In this document: in pieces, positions 51,520 to 64,000 of the stretch | Layout: each line of letters begins with the position of its first letter | Numbering within the stretch: the first letter of the stretch is position 1 | From: Podarcis melisellensis | Lineage: Eukaryota | NCBI GenBank assembly: GCA_964234715.1 | Contig: OZ174276.1 | DNA length: 64,000 bases | Reading direction: 5' to 3' (one strand) | Position numbers and translations under genes: made by a program | Notes under the pieces: model-generated | Database searches by the model: none | Seen by the model: the letters and a program-made list of their open reading frames with translations, nothing else | Told to the model about the DNA's origin: nothing

Positions 51520-52680
51520 AGAATGCAAAACTGCAGGTGACTCAGAGATTGTTAGTAAGTTTGTGCTCATGAAGAAGTCTTACAAAGAGAATGAAAAAAT
51601 ACAATATTATATACCATTAAAATTAGACATGTAAGGAATAGGTAGCACAAAAGATTCAAAATATGAGCGAGTTTTAGGAAAATGTATTTCAAGAACTATT
51701 GTTGAATGTAAGAGCTTAGGATCATTCACAAAAAGGGAAAGTCTGCATACCTGAAACAGAAGAAATACTTTGTCACAATTCATTAATGGAACACAGTGCC
51801 AAATGAAGCTGCTGAGTCACAATTGAGAGAGTTGTAGAAAGATTTGAAAGAAACTAGCTCCAAAGCCCATTTAATACTATCAAATTCTATAGCATAAGAA
51901 AGCTATATTTTCCTGACAGAAGATAGGTATATTGTTTTACCATATACTAATGTCTTTGGAATATTAGAAGAAATGAAGAACTGGAGTTAGCTACATTTTC
52001 AGAAATGGGAATAAAAGGAAGATTGTCTAAATATAATCAAATGTTGCAGAATGAAAACAAACCCATAATGGTAAATGGGAAGACGATTTCAGAGTAATGG
52101 TAAAATTGTCTAATTTCTCTACATGTACACGACAACAGCAATATCTGAATAGGTTGTTCTTTAAGTGCACAGGGAAAAATATACCCCATCCCATACCTGA
52201 TGCAAGTTTCTAAAAAATATGTCTTACTTACCTTGTCAATTATACCTAAAGAGTATTGGAGGAAAATTATTAAGATCATTTATAACAAGACATAATATTT
52301 CTTGTGACCCACTGGTTGTTATTTTTTATTGTTTAGACCCTGCTAACCAGTACCAGAGGAATAGTGGCAAACAGAGGGATAGACAGAATCCTTCAATTTT
52401 TTTATTCAGCCTGATGATTGCCTGTTCCTGACCTCTATTATAAGATATTTAGCCTTTTCAAGTTAGAGTCACGATGAGTTAACATTAAATTTATTGAGTT
52501 CGGCAAGATTATTAGTTGAAAATCAGGAAAAGTCCCCCTCTCCTTCATTAGAAGACAGATTTCATGAAATTTGGTAGATAGCTTTAATGGCTAAATGTCC
52601 ACTGTAGCAATTTGCAGAAAGGTAAACAAAATTATGATGCAATTTTATTAAAATGGAAATGTTATCTGTATTTCCCTGGA
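51520..52680 (+). mobile_element. Decayed L1/Tx1-clade ORF2 3' region
   Basis: A-rich, with fragments KEYWRKIIKII, NISCDPLVVIF, NLLSSARLLVENQEKSPSPSLEDRFHEIW*IALMAK and YDAILLKWKCYL. Confidence 0.7.
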
Positions 52681-55035
52681 GCCCTGAGGGAACTGAATTA
52701 GAATACCTAAATATGTGTGCTCTGTATTCTGCTGTTTATGAGTAGGCATAAATTAGTATTTTTAAACAGCTGAGCACATTATTCAACATTTGGGTAGTGT
52801 GGGGGTTCTTTGTTCCTCATCAAGGTGCTCCATGTATTGAATAACTGTAATTAACATTCATGCCCAGACCACTGAATTTATAATTGAAAGCATCTAAGAT
52901 AATCACTGTTCTTTCCTGTGGAGTTCTGCATTATCAAAATAGGAGATCCCCTTCCTAGTACAAGGAAGCAGCCTTATGTGGAATTAGACCACTGCTTCTT
53001 CTAGTTCAGTAGGGGTGGCTAACTGGTATGAAGGCCTAATCCAGCCCCAAAGCAAATTTTTCTGGTCTGCCAAGATATCACTGATTTTAATGGTGGAAAC
53101 AAAAAAGGAGGGGAAAATTGTGGGCACAGCACTGGGGTAGACAGAGCCCAGCACTCTGATGGGGTTGCAAACCACCCCTCCCCAGTCATCATGATGATCC
53201 TTTCATGAGTAGACTAGATGCAATAGCCCATCCTTCCCAATAAGGGGCATTTGTGCCTGAGTATATGTGAGAGTGTAGAGTGGCCAAACCCACTGCTGGC
53301 ATGTGGCCCCAGAGGGTTTGTGAAGGATGAAAGTGGCCCTTGAACCAAGTAAAAGGATAGTCACCCCAGTCTACACATCTGGCAGTGGTTCTCTGGGGTT
53401 TCAGATAGGAAACTTCCCCAACCCTACCTGGAGATAGCAAGGACTGAAGCAGCACCTTTTGGAAGCAAACATGGATTCTGCCACTAACTCCTCCCTACTG
53501 ACATGACATTAATATTTCCCCCAGAAATTGAAATTATGGGAGGGGAGATATTTGAGAGTTAAGCAGGTGATTAATCTTGCCCTGGGTGACCATAGATTTG
53601 AGGTGTGGCAGCATGGTAAAAACTGGCAAATATTTATTATATTATATTTCACTTATGTTTTAATTACCATCACATCACAAAAACTAAAATCAGCTTACAT
53701 TATTCTAGGTTTCTTGTAATTTTGCAGAATTCTGTTGCTGAACTGGAATCCAACTTGTTCATCTTAAGCTGCATCTTGTTCTTATATTGGAATACTGATT
53801 AGTTAATTCACATAATCAAGCAGAAGGTAAATTCTGGCAAGACTGATACTATGGTTCTTTGGCTTTGACTATGATTTCACAGCATGCATGCACCCATCAA
53901 GAGCCTTCAGTTGCAGGGTTATCTGAGGATGTAATATATATAGGCCTAGCCCTTTCTTGAAGATGAGCTTAGTATTTGACATAACTCATCAGAGTTGTCA
54001 GTCCGTGACATTAATCATCACTGTAATCTCTTAACAAAATTACATTGTAGTTGAAGTGTGTATTCATGTTTTAATTTCAGTTCAAACATCCAACCAATAA
54101 TTAAATTGAATTTTTTTTCAACTAGGAAATGAAAACAAACCTGTGACTAGTAATCACTGGGATGTTTTCTGTGTGTGTGTGTTGAATTATTTGGTTAGTG
54201 CAGTGAATATATATTGCTTTATTTGTTCTGTATTTCTGTATGTTCTGTATTCTGTATTTCTTAATCTTTGGAAGCAGCATAGTATCAACAGTACGTACTA
54301 GAGCAGATACAGAAACCTGAAATATTTTGTGGTCAGATGCTATAATTACTCAAAATAATATAATCACCAAATGGCACGACCAGTGTTTGATGGCTTGACC
54401 CTATGAAGGAGCAGGCAGATGTAGTGCTGTAGAGGCTGTTTGCTTCTCAGGGATCTTTTGAATGGAGTCGGTTGTCTCTACAAAGTGCTTGTAAAATCCA
54501 TTTAGAAATGCTGCAGAGGCATCATGTGCAGCAGGAACTGCAGAAGCAAGACAGTTACTGTGATTGCCTGAAGCAGATCAGAATGTGATGGAGAAAGTGG
54601 GACAGTGCAGCAGAGGAAGGCGTTTCATTTGTCATTATGGGTTTCCAGATTCCCTGGTATGTCCAATTCCCTACACTGCATTGATAAGTGTTCTATTGGT
54701 TCTTGGTAAAGCTCTCTTGATCCATCTGAGGAGCAATGTGTTAGCACCCCCTACCCCCACCCCTTGCCTCACCCAGGTAGAAAGTGAATAGTGCACTTAG
54801 CAGCTGCTGCTGCCTGCTTGTTTCTACCTGTGGTACCCTTGCAGGGCAGTTTGGCTCTGCAAGACAATTTGTCTTCCTAGAGGGGCCAGCCAGTTCCTGA
54901 TGGCAGATGCCCATGTCTGACTTTACTAGCTGCCGCACTGGGGTTTAAAAGGAGCATTGCCTTGGGCAGCAGGCCTGGCAACACGCAAAAAGGGAAGACA
55001 CCCTTTTAGTGTTGTTGCTGTGGGAACCACTAGGG

Positions 55036-55290
55036 CAGGTATGCCCAAAGTCTGTTTCGGGGGCCTGATCCAGCCCGCTGGTTGATTTAATCCACCCCCT
55101 GTGGCAGTTTATTTCCTGGGGTAAAATCCTAAAAAATGCCCAACAACTCTGGGGTAAAATGATAAGAAAAGCTCAACAACTTCAGTTCTAAAAAAAAAGG
55201 CCAACAACTTTGTTTGGCTCTTTGGTTGGCCCCCACGGCCCTTCACTTCATCAAATCTGGCCCTCTTTGAAAAAAGTTTGGACACGACTG
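55036..55290. mobile_element. hAT-Charlie-like MITE
   Basis: caggtatgcccaaa / aaaaagtttggacacgactg ends, tggccc motifs. TSD not recognisable. Confidence 0.65.
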
Positions 55291-55394
55291 CTGGCAAGGA
55301 TGCTGCCCCCTGGTAGTTTGACTTGTTGATTGGGTTGCTTTCTAGGTGAGAGACAGGAACAACTGTGAGGGGCTGCATATGCTTAGCCCATCCT

Positions 55395-56010
55395 CTTAAT
55401 CAGATTGGACTACTGTGGTGCCCTCTTTTGGGGGCTTCCCTTGGGATTAGTCTGAAAGCTGTAGCTGATGCAGAATGCTGTGGCCAGGTTGTTGAGTGCA
55501 ACACCTGCATGTGCACATATTACATCTGTTCTGAGGAAACTGCACTGACTGCCGATCTGCTATGGGCCATGCTCACAGTCTTGTTGTTAATATATAAAGC
55601 CATGAACAACTCGTGGCAAATTTATGAGAAAGAGCCTGCCCCTGTATAGACTTGTGGAAATTCTACTCATGGTACTATACCGTATAGAATATCATAGGGC
55701 AGCAACCCCAAAATGGGCATTTTCCACTATTGCCTCTATACTATGAAATACTCTTCTGTCTGCCATACAAGAAGTGGCAAATGTGAGTTGCATCAAACGT
55801 CTTGTAGAGACAGACTTTTTTGCCCAGGTTTTCCCTGACCCATAGATTAGAACCTAATTTTCACTTGTTTGAATTCCTGTTTTTAATATGCTTTAGTACT
55901 ATCATTTTACTGCCTTTATGCTGTACTTTGGTTTCAGTGATAATGTTGTTTTCATGGTGAGGTTTTAAAATATTAAGCAGATTATAAATGCTTTTAACTA
56001 AATAAATAAA
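55395..56010 (+). mobile_element. L2 LINE 3' portion
   Basis: RLDYCGALFWGLPL..*KL*LMQNAVARLL...HITSVLRKLH*LPI, ending in an aaataaataaa tail. Confidence 0.8.
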
Positions 56011-57250
56011 TTGCTTGTGATAGTGATCAGTTGATAGTAAGCCATGACACAATAAAACACTTAAAGATCCCAATCATTTTGAATAATAGAGATTCATTAA
56101 TAAGTATCTTAGGTATGCTGTAGTACTCTGCTTATATCTAAAGTAGCCACTGTTAATGTAAAATGTTGCATCTCAAGTCACCTAAGGCTGGGAGTACATG
56201 TCCAATCACATTAGAAATAAGAAATGTATTTGGAAAAAAAGTGCCTTGGGGCATATCAGGACATTCTTGACAAAATGTGCATTGTTAGCACTGTGGTAAG
56301 GTAAGGCTCAAGAACTGAAAGAATGTAGTCATTTTCTTGCAGTGAAATGCCTAAGGGACTCTCAAAGAAAACACTCTGAGTTGAACATGAATCCTTTACA
56401 TCCCATAATATCTGACCCATCCCCAGGACACATAGGTTATGGACTATCTTTTAAGCAGCATCCATTACTTCTAAAAGGAAGAGTTTTTAAGGCCGTCACA
56501 ATAGTCTTTTTCTCAATAAAGAAGGTGCTATCCTGGCAGGGAGAGACAAAAGCAAGGGCCTTTGCCTCAGTATAAGAAGGTAAGATGTTTATTATTTGGG
56601 GGTGCCTGTTGTTATGATCTTCAAGTGCCCTGATGTTTTCTGCAGAACTTGTATTGAAGTTACTTCCTTTAAGGTGGGTGACGGGAGATCTTCTCAGTTA
56701 CATGTATGAAAGATTTGGTGGTTAAGATGTGTAAGAGAATGTTGATGATTCTTTTTCCTTTAACTTACAGGAAAGCTGTTAAAATAAAGAAGACTTTTCA
56801 AGAGGCTAGTTAACTTAGCCTGGCCTCTTATGGATTTTTCTTGCCAATGTCAAGAAAACTGACCTCATTCTGATTATAATTCTGTGTTTCATGCTAACGT
56901 CCAAAGCTTCATCTGTTTTCTGTTTCTGTTACCACTTCGCTGGACGCCTCTTAGGAAAGACCATGTTGACCTTATGCACTGTCAATTTACTCTCTCCTCC
57001 TTGTTAAATTAATCTACCCCTCGTCCCTTCTTTGCACAGTAGCCCTGCTGTTTCTTTTGTATTTCAAGCTTTCACTTCTTTCTCCCACACAGTCCAATAT
57101 CTTACACTTCTGCAAGATGCTTAGCAAGATCCAGTATAAGTTTACATCCATCTCCACGTACACTGCCCTTATCCTATGTCCTCTCTCCCTCTTCTCTCAA
57201 CTTGCCCCATCTCTGGGTCTAGAAAATTTTATATTCCACTTCCTATACCC

Positions 57251-57307
57251 TCCTTCCTTCCTTCCTTCCTTCCTTCCTTCCTTCCTTCCTTCCTTCCTTC
57301 CTTCCTC
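57251..57307. repeat. (TTCC)n microsatellite
   Basis: About 14 units. Confidence 0.95.
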
Positions 57308-57599
57308 ACATTTCAAACCCAGCCTTCACCGTCGATTATCTCAGACTGGGGTACAATAAAACTCAGTTTAAAAGAGCCACAAATAAATTTCAGTAACAAA
57401 ATAACAGTGAAAGCTGATAATGTACATAAATACATCTGACAGTCTCAAAACCACAAAGTGACTTCACACTAAGCAACTAATATCCTGTGAATTTCTAAGA
57501 AAATTAAGACTTCTAAAGTTGGTGCCAACCATATACCTTGGGAAGGGTGTAGCACAACTGGAGTACCACAACAACCTCTGCATCATTGCCATCTCCTAC

Positions 57600-58090
57600 A
57601 TCTTGAATTCACTTTTCTCCCTCTTTTTGTCCACCCATTTTATCACCTAATGGTAACCGTTACACCACCAATTTCCTTAAACCTTGCATTGACTCTCTGT
57701 CCCTCCTCATGAAGGACAAGTTTCTATAGGCCATACTTTAAAAGCTCCCCCCTCCCATCCACTGCCTCTTCGTACCATCTCTTTCTTATCTCATAATACT
57801 GCTTCTTGCTACCTCTCTCAGGATCCTTCATATTCCGTCAAACTTGCTTTTATGTCTTCCTTCTGCTCTGACCTTACTTTCTGTGATGTGCTTCCTGTGC
57901 CTGCTGGAACAACATCTCTGTTCATCAAGCCTACTTCCCTTGACCTTAAATCATTTCCCAAGAACCACTTCTTCAATAGTGGCTCAATTGAATCACTCCT
58001 AACCTTCCACTACCAACCAATTCCCCTCAACCTACCCTGTCATCACTATTAAGCAATCTTGAATTCTCACTCCAACTCATCTCTTTCAAA
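57600..58090 (+). mobile_element. Probable very old L2 fragment (pyrimidine-rich)
   Basis: Strong C/T skew typical of old L2 ORF2. No clear peptide motif. Confidence 0.35.
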
Positions 58091-59989
58091 TGTAGATTTT
58101 GTACATCCTTTGGTCAGGGATTCTGCCACTTTTCTGTGCATCATTTGCCAACTGTATGGGTTCCAAACTATGCTTAGTGGCAGCAGCAGGGATAGTAATC
58201 TTTGTTCATGTGTGACAATTTACTTCACTGTTTCTAAGCATGCCCTAATAGTTTAACTGGCAGTTGTGTGCCTTATTCAACAGCTTGCATAGAGTTTTAG
58301 TGTTCTCTGATGATATATGGGGAGGCATCTCTCGCATATTAACACTGCAGTGCAAATGGTAATTTCTCCATTGTTCACCAGGAATGACATTTTTTTGTAG
58401 ATGGGGAACAGCCATAATTCTGGTATAACTGGCTGGATCAATTCATTTTGCCTCACTATATTAGCTCCTTGCTTTTCTGCTCCTCAGCTTTTGCCAAGTG
58501 GGAGTAGAGATCTGGATTAAGAGTCAGCTGGCTCTGCTTCATAATGGAAAATACAGAGTTTCTGTTTGTTGGCAAGAGAGACTGCTTAGGAGAATTGGCA
58601 CGGTCTAAGACAAGATCTTGTTTTTTCATTCTTGCATCCAACAGATGTCTTTATTAAATTTAATTTTGGCTGAAATAAAATTTATGTTTCTTCTCTGTTG
58701 TTGTCCTATCTTAAATAATTTTTTTGTGTTGTGGTATTATAGAATGACTTTTCAAATGCCAAATCTAAACCCAGAATGGGGGGGGGGCAGCTTTTCGAGC
58801 TTCAATTAGGATTCGAGTCCTATTTTAGTTTAATTTGTTTCCTATTTGAGAGGGGTAGAGTGTTGGGTCTGGATTTAGGAAGTCCCTGCTTGTCTTTCAG
58901 ATTTTCTGAATGGCCTTGAGCAATTTATTGGCCTGGTTCTCACACAGCAATAAACCATGTTTTATTAATCTATGGTCCATTAGGCCATGGCTTGGCATTA
59001 TGTGTAAATGCAGTCCAGCAGCTGATATTAACCAGATATTAACCAGAGATTAGTGTTATGTGCAAACTCAAACCACCTCATCAACACCCTAAAGCTATAG
59101 AACCACGAATGAAGAGCAGCAAGAAATTCTAACTGCTCTCAAAGTTCAACTGCCCTCTCTGCTGAGCACTGAATTCCTCTAGTGTATTGGTTTCTTACAG
59201 ACCTGAGGTATGCTGAAAACTGGAGAACAGTCATAGTTGTATTAACAGTTGCATGTGCTAAATGGAACAATGGTTGTGATATATTGAATGAATGTGCAGC
59301 AATAGCTATATTTGTTGTCTTTGGCACAAGGGATGTTTTTGCACTCAGCCGAGGGAACCCATTTGCTTAACAACAGAATGAGAAACTTCCAGGGTCAGCA
59401 AGGTATCTACATACAATGTTAGGAAATGGCATCTTAATGACATCTCTAAAGCTGAGAGAACGAAATGAAACAGTAAATAGAAGAGTTTAGTAGATGGAGT
59501 AGGAAGGCAGAGTACATGAGGTGACAGGTGCAATAATATAGGTAGACAGCTGAAATCTGAAAACTGTAATGGTCTGACAATATGTGCAGGAAGAAGGGCA
59601 AGAGGAGAGTCTGCTTTGATTCTTCCTTCTCTACTTCCCTGGTTTTTGTTAAAATCTACTGGAATGGAAAAGTGTCTTTAAATAGAATCAGTGAAAAAAA
59701 GGCATTAGGATCTACCTACAGATAGATCTTGTCAGGATAGTAAAATGATAGTACTTGTCTAGATAGTAAACTGAAATGTTTGCCCTTTCCCTGTATGTAT
59801 ATCACCTTGAGATCTCTGGAGGAAAGCCAGGGTATAAATGTAATACATAAGGCAACTGCAGAATCTTGCAATATTGAAAACAAGCAGAAAGTCTGTGTAC
59901 TATCATTGGTGGTATGTAGCAGTTGTGGAATGTCCTCCATCAGCCACAGGAGCAGCTAGAACTCACCCACAAAATTTAAACTGGTCAGT

Positions 59990-61050
59990 TGCAAGCAAGG
60001 TGACTGACTTCGCTCAGGTCCACCACTACATAGCTTTTAAAAGATGGCTGTGCCTGCTCTCAGCAGCGCATTTGTCGATGGACTTCCTACCTCCCCCCCG
60101 CCCTTAACTTATCGTTGGCCCTGCTTGAAGGTGAGCAAGCAGGGCACGCTTAGAGCTTGTGGTGGATTTATTTGGGCACCATATTCAGAACCAGGGAGGA
60201 ATTTGCTTGCAGACAAATTGGGCTTGTCGGGGGGGGGGAGAGATTTCATTTATCATAGCAACTGTCACAACTTGCGGGCAGTTAATGCATTGGGTTGGAT
60301 TCCTAGACTAAGTGGAGGGGGTAGCCGGAGCTCTAATCCCCTCCCCACTCCTAGGGATTAGGGTACCCAATTAAAGGAGTCCAAGTGGAGCTGTTGTTGT
60401 TTAGTCATTTCCGACTCTTCTTGACCCCATGGACCAGAGCACGCCAGGCACTCCTGTCTTCCACTGCCTCCCACAGTTTGGTCAAACTCATGATGGTAGC
60501 TTTGAGAACACTATCCAACCATCTCTGTCGTCCCCTTCTCCTTGTGCCCTCCATCTTTCCCAACATCAGGGTCTTTTCCAGGAAAGCTTCTCTTCTCATG
60601 AGGTGGCCAAAGTATTGGAGCCTCAATACTGGAAGGATCTGTCCTTCCAGTGAGCACTCAGGGCTGATTTCCTTGAGAATGGATAGGTTTGATCTTGCAG
60701 TCCATGGGACTCTCAAGAGTCTCCTCCAGCACCATAATTCAAAAGCATCAATTCTTCGGCAATCAGCCTTCTTTATAGTCCACCAAGTGGGGCTGCTTCT
60801 GTCCAAATGCCAAGACAGGAGATAGTGGCCCATAGAGCACCCACAAATGGCATCCTGTAGGGATCGCTTGGATTTGATGTGTGTCACAGGGCAGCCATTA
60901 ACCCAGGAACTAATCTGAAGGATCTCAATCTCAACCAGCACCTGTTTGATTCAGAATACAAACCTTAATGCCTGAGCCAAAGCCCACTGACATCTAGAAT
61001 CAATAAAGTTGTGGCCTATTAGATCCCAAGTTGCTAGTCCTGTCATTATT
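59990..61050 (+). mobile_element. LTR-like repeat, copy C (longest), interrupted by BovB
   Basis: ttttaaaag, cctcccccccgccc and the terminal caataaagttgtggcctattagatcccaa. Collinear with copies A and B once BovB is removed. Confidence 0.6.
60394..60782 (-). mobile_element. BovB/RTE LINE 3' end, second and more diverged copy
   Basis: WTIKKADCRRIDAFELWCWRRLLRVPWTAR...LQYFGHLMRR. (CAA)n tail. 13-bp TSD ccaagtggagctg/ccaagtggggctg. Confidence 0.93.
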
Positions 61051-62043
61051 ACCACTACCCTGGTTCTACCTTGACAGCCAAAGGCTTGCTGCTCCTGGGC
61101 CCACAAATAGTCTTGCAAGTTCACTTTAATGGCACCCACTTTCATTTTCATGCTCAATTTCATTTTTAAATAGAAAATAAACTATGGTTCCCCAGATTCA
61201 GACTGGGAAGCTGTTGTTTAGTTAAAAGTGAGAGCAGAAGCGTTCTCTCTCCATCTCTCATGTACAAAGCAGTATGGGTGGGGTGTGTGAGACCCAAATT
61301 CACCACAGTTGGTTTGTTATAATTTAAACCATGCTTTTGATTACCGTCTAAACAGAGTCATTCTCTCTTGATTCTATCTGGGTTTGATTTGAGTTGGTGT
61401 TGAGCCCCAGAACATATTATGAATGTCAGGGCTCAGCCTTGAATGTGTAAAGTAATAATAATGAAGAGAGTATGATGGCTTTAGCATCTGCAGTGCCTGT
61501 TCCTCATTAGTGGGAAGCTACAAACAAGAATCTACAACTTGTCAGAGATAGGATAAGGGCTTCCAGGGCAGAGATCATGACTTCTGGGCAAATATGAGCC
61601 CCAGCGCAGTTCATTTTATACAATCTCAAAGTACTCCCTCTCAGATATTCCATTACTAGCTTCCCTGAAAGCAGCCTCTATAGCATGGCTTGGAGCAGTA
61701 AGTAAAGTTAATCATGTGATGTCTTATAGTTGAAGAAGAAACTTGATCGCTTACTTAGTGTTCATAACCTTCAGCTAGATAAAGCAGGTCTCTTAATATT
61801 TAATGCTGAAAGAGACCACTTTCTTTGGCTCCCCTTAAAGCCAGTAGTCAGTGAGTAAGAATTTTTGAGGACAAAAATAAGTTTTAAAACAACAATATAG
61901 TAGAAACCTTTGGAAGCTTCTCACTGATGATCTAGATCAGTAGGCAACTAAGTTCTGTGACAAGAAAAGGAAGAAAATAGAAAAATGTGTGCATGTATGC
62001 TACTTAACATCTACATGAAACTGCTGGGTGAGATCCTTTAGGG

Positions 62044-62179
62044 CAGGCATGGCCAAACTTGGCCCTCCAGCTGTTTTGGGACTACAACTCCCATCATCCC
62101 TAGCTAACAAAACCAGTGGTCAGAGATGATGGGAATTGTAGTCCCAAAACAGCTGGAGGGCTAAGTTTGGCCATACCTG
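62044..62179. mobile_element. 136-bp foldback hAT MITE, same family as 40478
   Basis: caggcatggccaaactt...aagtttggccatacctg with near-perfect arms. Perfect TSD CTTTAGGG. Confidence 0.92.
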
Positions 62180-64000
62180 CTTTAGGGGTTTGATGCTTGG
62201 TGTCCCCATTCTTTTTCCATTTGGTGATGTGCCTGTTAGATTGTAAGCTTATGAGCAAGGAAAAGATCATTATTGGTCTTTTATGCAACCCTGTGAGCAT
62301 TTTTTTTCAGCTGAAGAGTAGGGTAAAAATAGCTTAAGATAAACAATATGTTCATGGCACCCAATCTCTCATTTCCTTCTAAATCCAAGGAAGCTATTCA
62401 AGCTTTCAATACGTGATGTATTGGAAGCTTAATTCAGGCAAGGCAGATGTGTTTATGGGCCAATCATGGCCTCCCATTTTGGCATGTGAGGCCATTTCCC
62501 CCATGTCACGCCCTCCTGCCCATCACCAGTGATGTCAGCGTATAGTTGGGAGGCTAGATTTTAGCCCTGTGTTGGCTGTGTGCCTTGTTTGGGGCAGGGA
62601 ACAGGATTGCACAGCCAGGACAGCAGGATTTACTCTCTGCTCATCAGCTCATGAGCGGAGATTAAAGCCTTCTCAAAATCTCAGCTCCTGCACTACCCCA
62701 GTGAAGCGGGGAAGGTGGGGAGTGTCTCCCCCTGCCTCACCACTGCTTCTGACCGCCCACTTGCAAGAGAAGCAGCCTTTAAATGTAGGAGAGTGGTGTA
62801 ATGGTGATAATGGATTTCCTAGTCTTAAGATTTCGGTCTGTGACTGTTGCATTTAATAGTGTTTAAGATCAAGAGAGCCTGGTGAAAGTATCTCATCTGA
62901 ACACTTGATGAATAGCATACTGTTTACTTTCATCCCATTATCACTAAGTCACTAACTTGTGTTAGACTAAAGCTACTCCACTGTGATTTCTCTATTGTGA
63001 TTCGTAAGTTGTTATTTGCTTAGGCACAGCAAGGAATCCTTGCTGAATATGGAGTCTTTTCACAGGCTACTTCCTATTCAGTTCCTTACAGTCATCAGAA
63101 GCATTGGACATTGAATCATGTGGTTTTTCCGAGGAAATATATTGATGAGCTAATGGCACATATAGTGTCGAAACTGCATATGCTTAACGCCTTCCTCTGA
63201 TTTAATTTTTTTATCATTTAAGCCAATTTGAGAGAGTTTTACTCTGAAAAGCAGCCTGTAAATATTAAATAAAAATAAATTCCTGGGGAAAGCCGTAAGC
63301 ATAGATGAATGGTTAGGGTGTGCTAGTGGAAGGGAAATATCAATAAAATATTCCTCATGTTTTGGCCAGTCAGAAATAGTGCGCAAAAGGTCTACATACT
63401 GATGCAACTTCCAAAGGTAGACTGTACTCTGTAGCCAAACCAGCAATATTTCCTGTGTGGGGAATTCCTTGATAATCGGTTTTGCAGATGTGTCAGAAGG
63501 AAAGAGGAGACCGACAAGTCCAGAGATGGAATCTTTGATAGAAAAACTTCGGTCATTCCTAGGACTGTTTACATCTGTATTTCGCCAAGGAGGAACCATT
63601 AATTGTGTTTGGGTGTGTGCCGTGTTCCTACAAAAAGAATTGCTCCTGAAGATAGAAAGAAAAAAAAAACCATTCTGAAACATATTGAACATTTATTACT
63701 ACAATAAACTTTTTGGAGCCCTTTGAGAACAATTCCCTCTTTCGCTTTCTCGCATCTTTTTGAGTTTTTTAAATTTTCCCAGCCTTGTTGACAAACTCGC
63801 TTTGTTTGGTTTTTTTATTCAACATGCCTGCATGGGAAGCACTGCATGAAATGAAATGGTATGAATGAGCTCCTTAGTATTTGCAAAGGCACTGTTGTGG
63901 TGAAGATGCAGATTGACATTGCAGTACAGGGCTGTAAGTCCACGATTGACAAGTTAGAACTGCATATTCGAAAGAAAGCACCGAGACTTTTAGTTAGTCT

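Noticed and set aside
63541-63570. KLRSFLGL peptide resembling the Gypsy RT-RNaseH junction
   Set aside because: No flanking RT or RNaseH motifs, so probably coincidental.
1-64000. Piccolo (PCLO) as an alternative gene identity, and CRISPR, rRNA or tRNA genes
   Set aside because: The linker peptides ([51 protein letters not shown]) are Bassoon-specific. tRNA-like boxes occur only in SINE heads, and no repeat-spacer arrays were seen.

Overview
Vertebrate intronic DNA, almost certainly from a squamate and probably a lacertid lizard. That assignment is inferred from Sauria SINEs, BovB/RTE, Squam-type SINEs and lizard-type L2/CR1/MITE families. The window lies inside the presynaptic scaffold gene Bassoon (BSN) on the + strand. 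It holds two coding exons: exon 2 (7036-7435) and exon 3 (29180-30016), carrying the two Piccolo/Bassoon zinc fingers. Exon 1 lies upstream, and exon 4 is not seen in the remaining 34 kb. The rest is intron densely filled with transposon remnants: young hAT MITEs with 8-bp TSDs, TA-flanked pogo/mariner MITEs, two Sauria SINEs, two BovB 3' ends, decayed L1/L2/CR1, a three-copy LTR-like (possibly DIRS/Ngaro) family and a Penelope terminus with a decayed hammerhead. I found no convincing novel multi-gene system. The best leads are (i) symmetric exon 3, whose skipping would rebuild one hybrid zinc finger, (ii) a 233-bp antisense promoter-like cassette between 21-bp duplications, (iii) several long hairpins, and (iv) a CpG-enriched, ORF-bearing final kilobase. 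Repeat family names come from recognition by eye and were not checked by database search.
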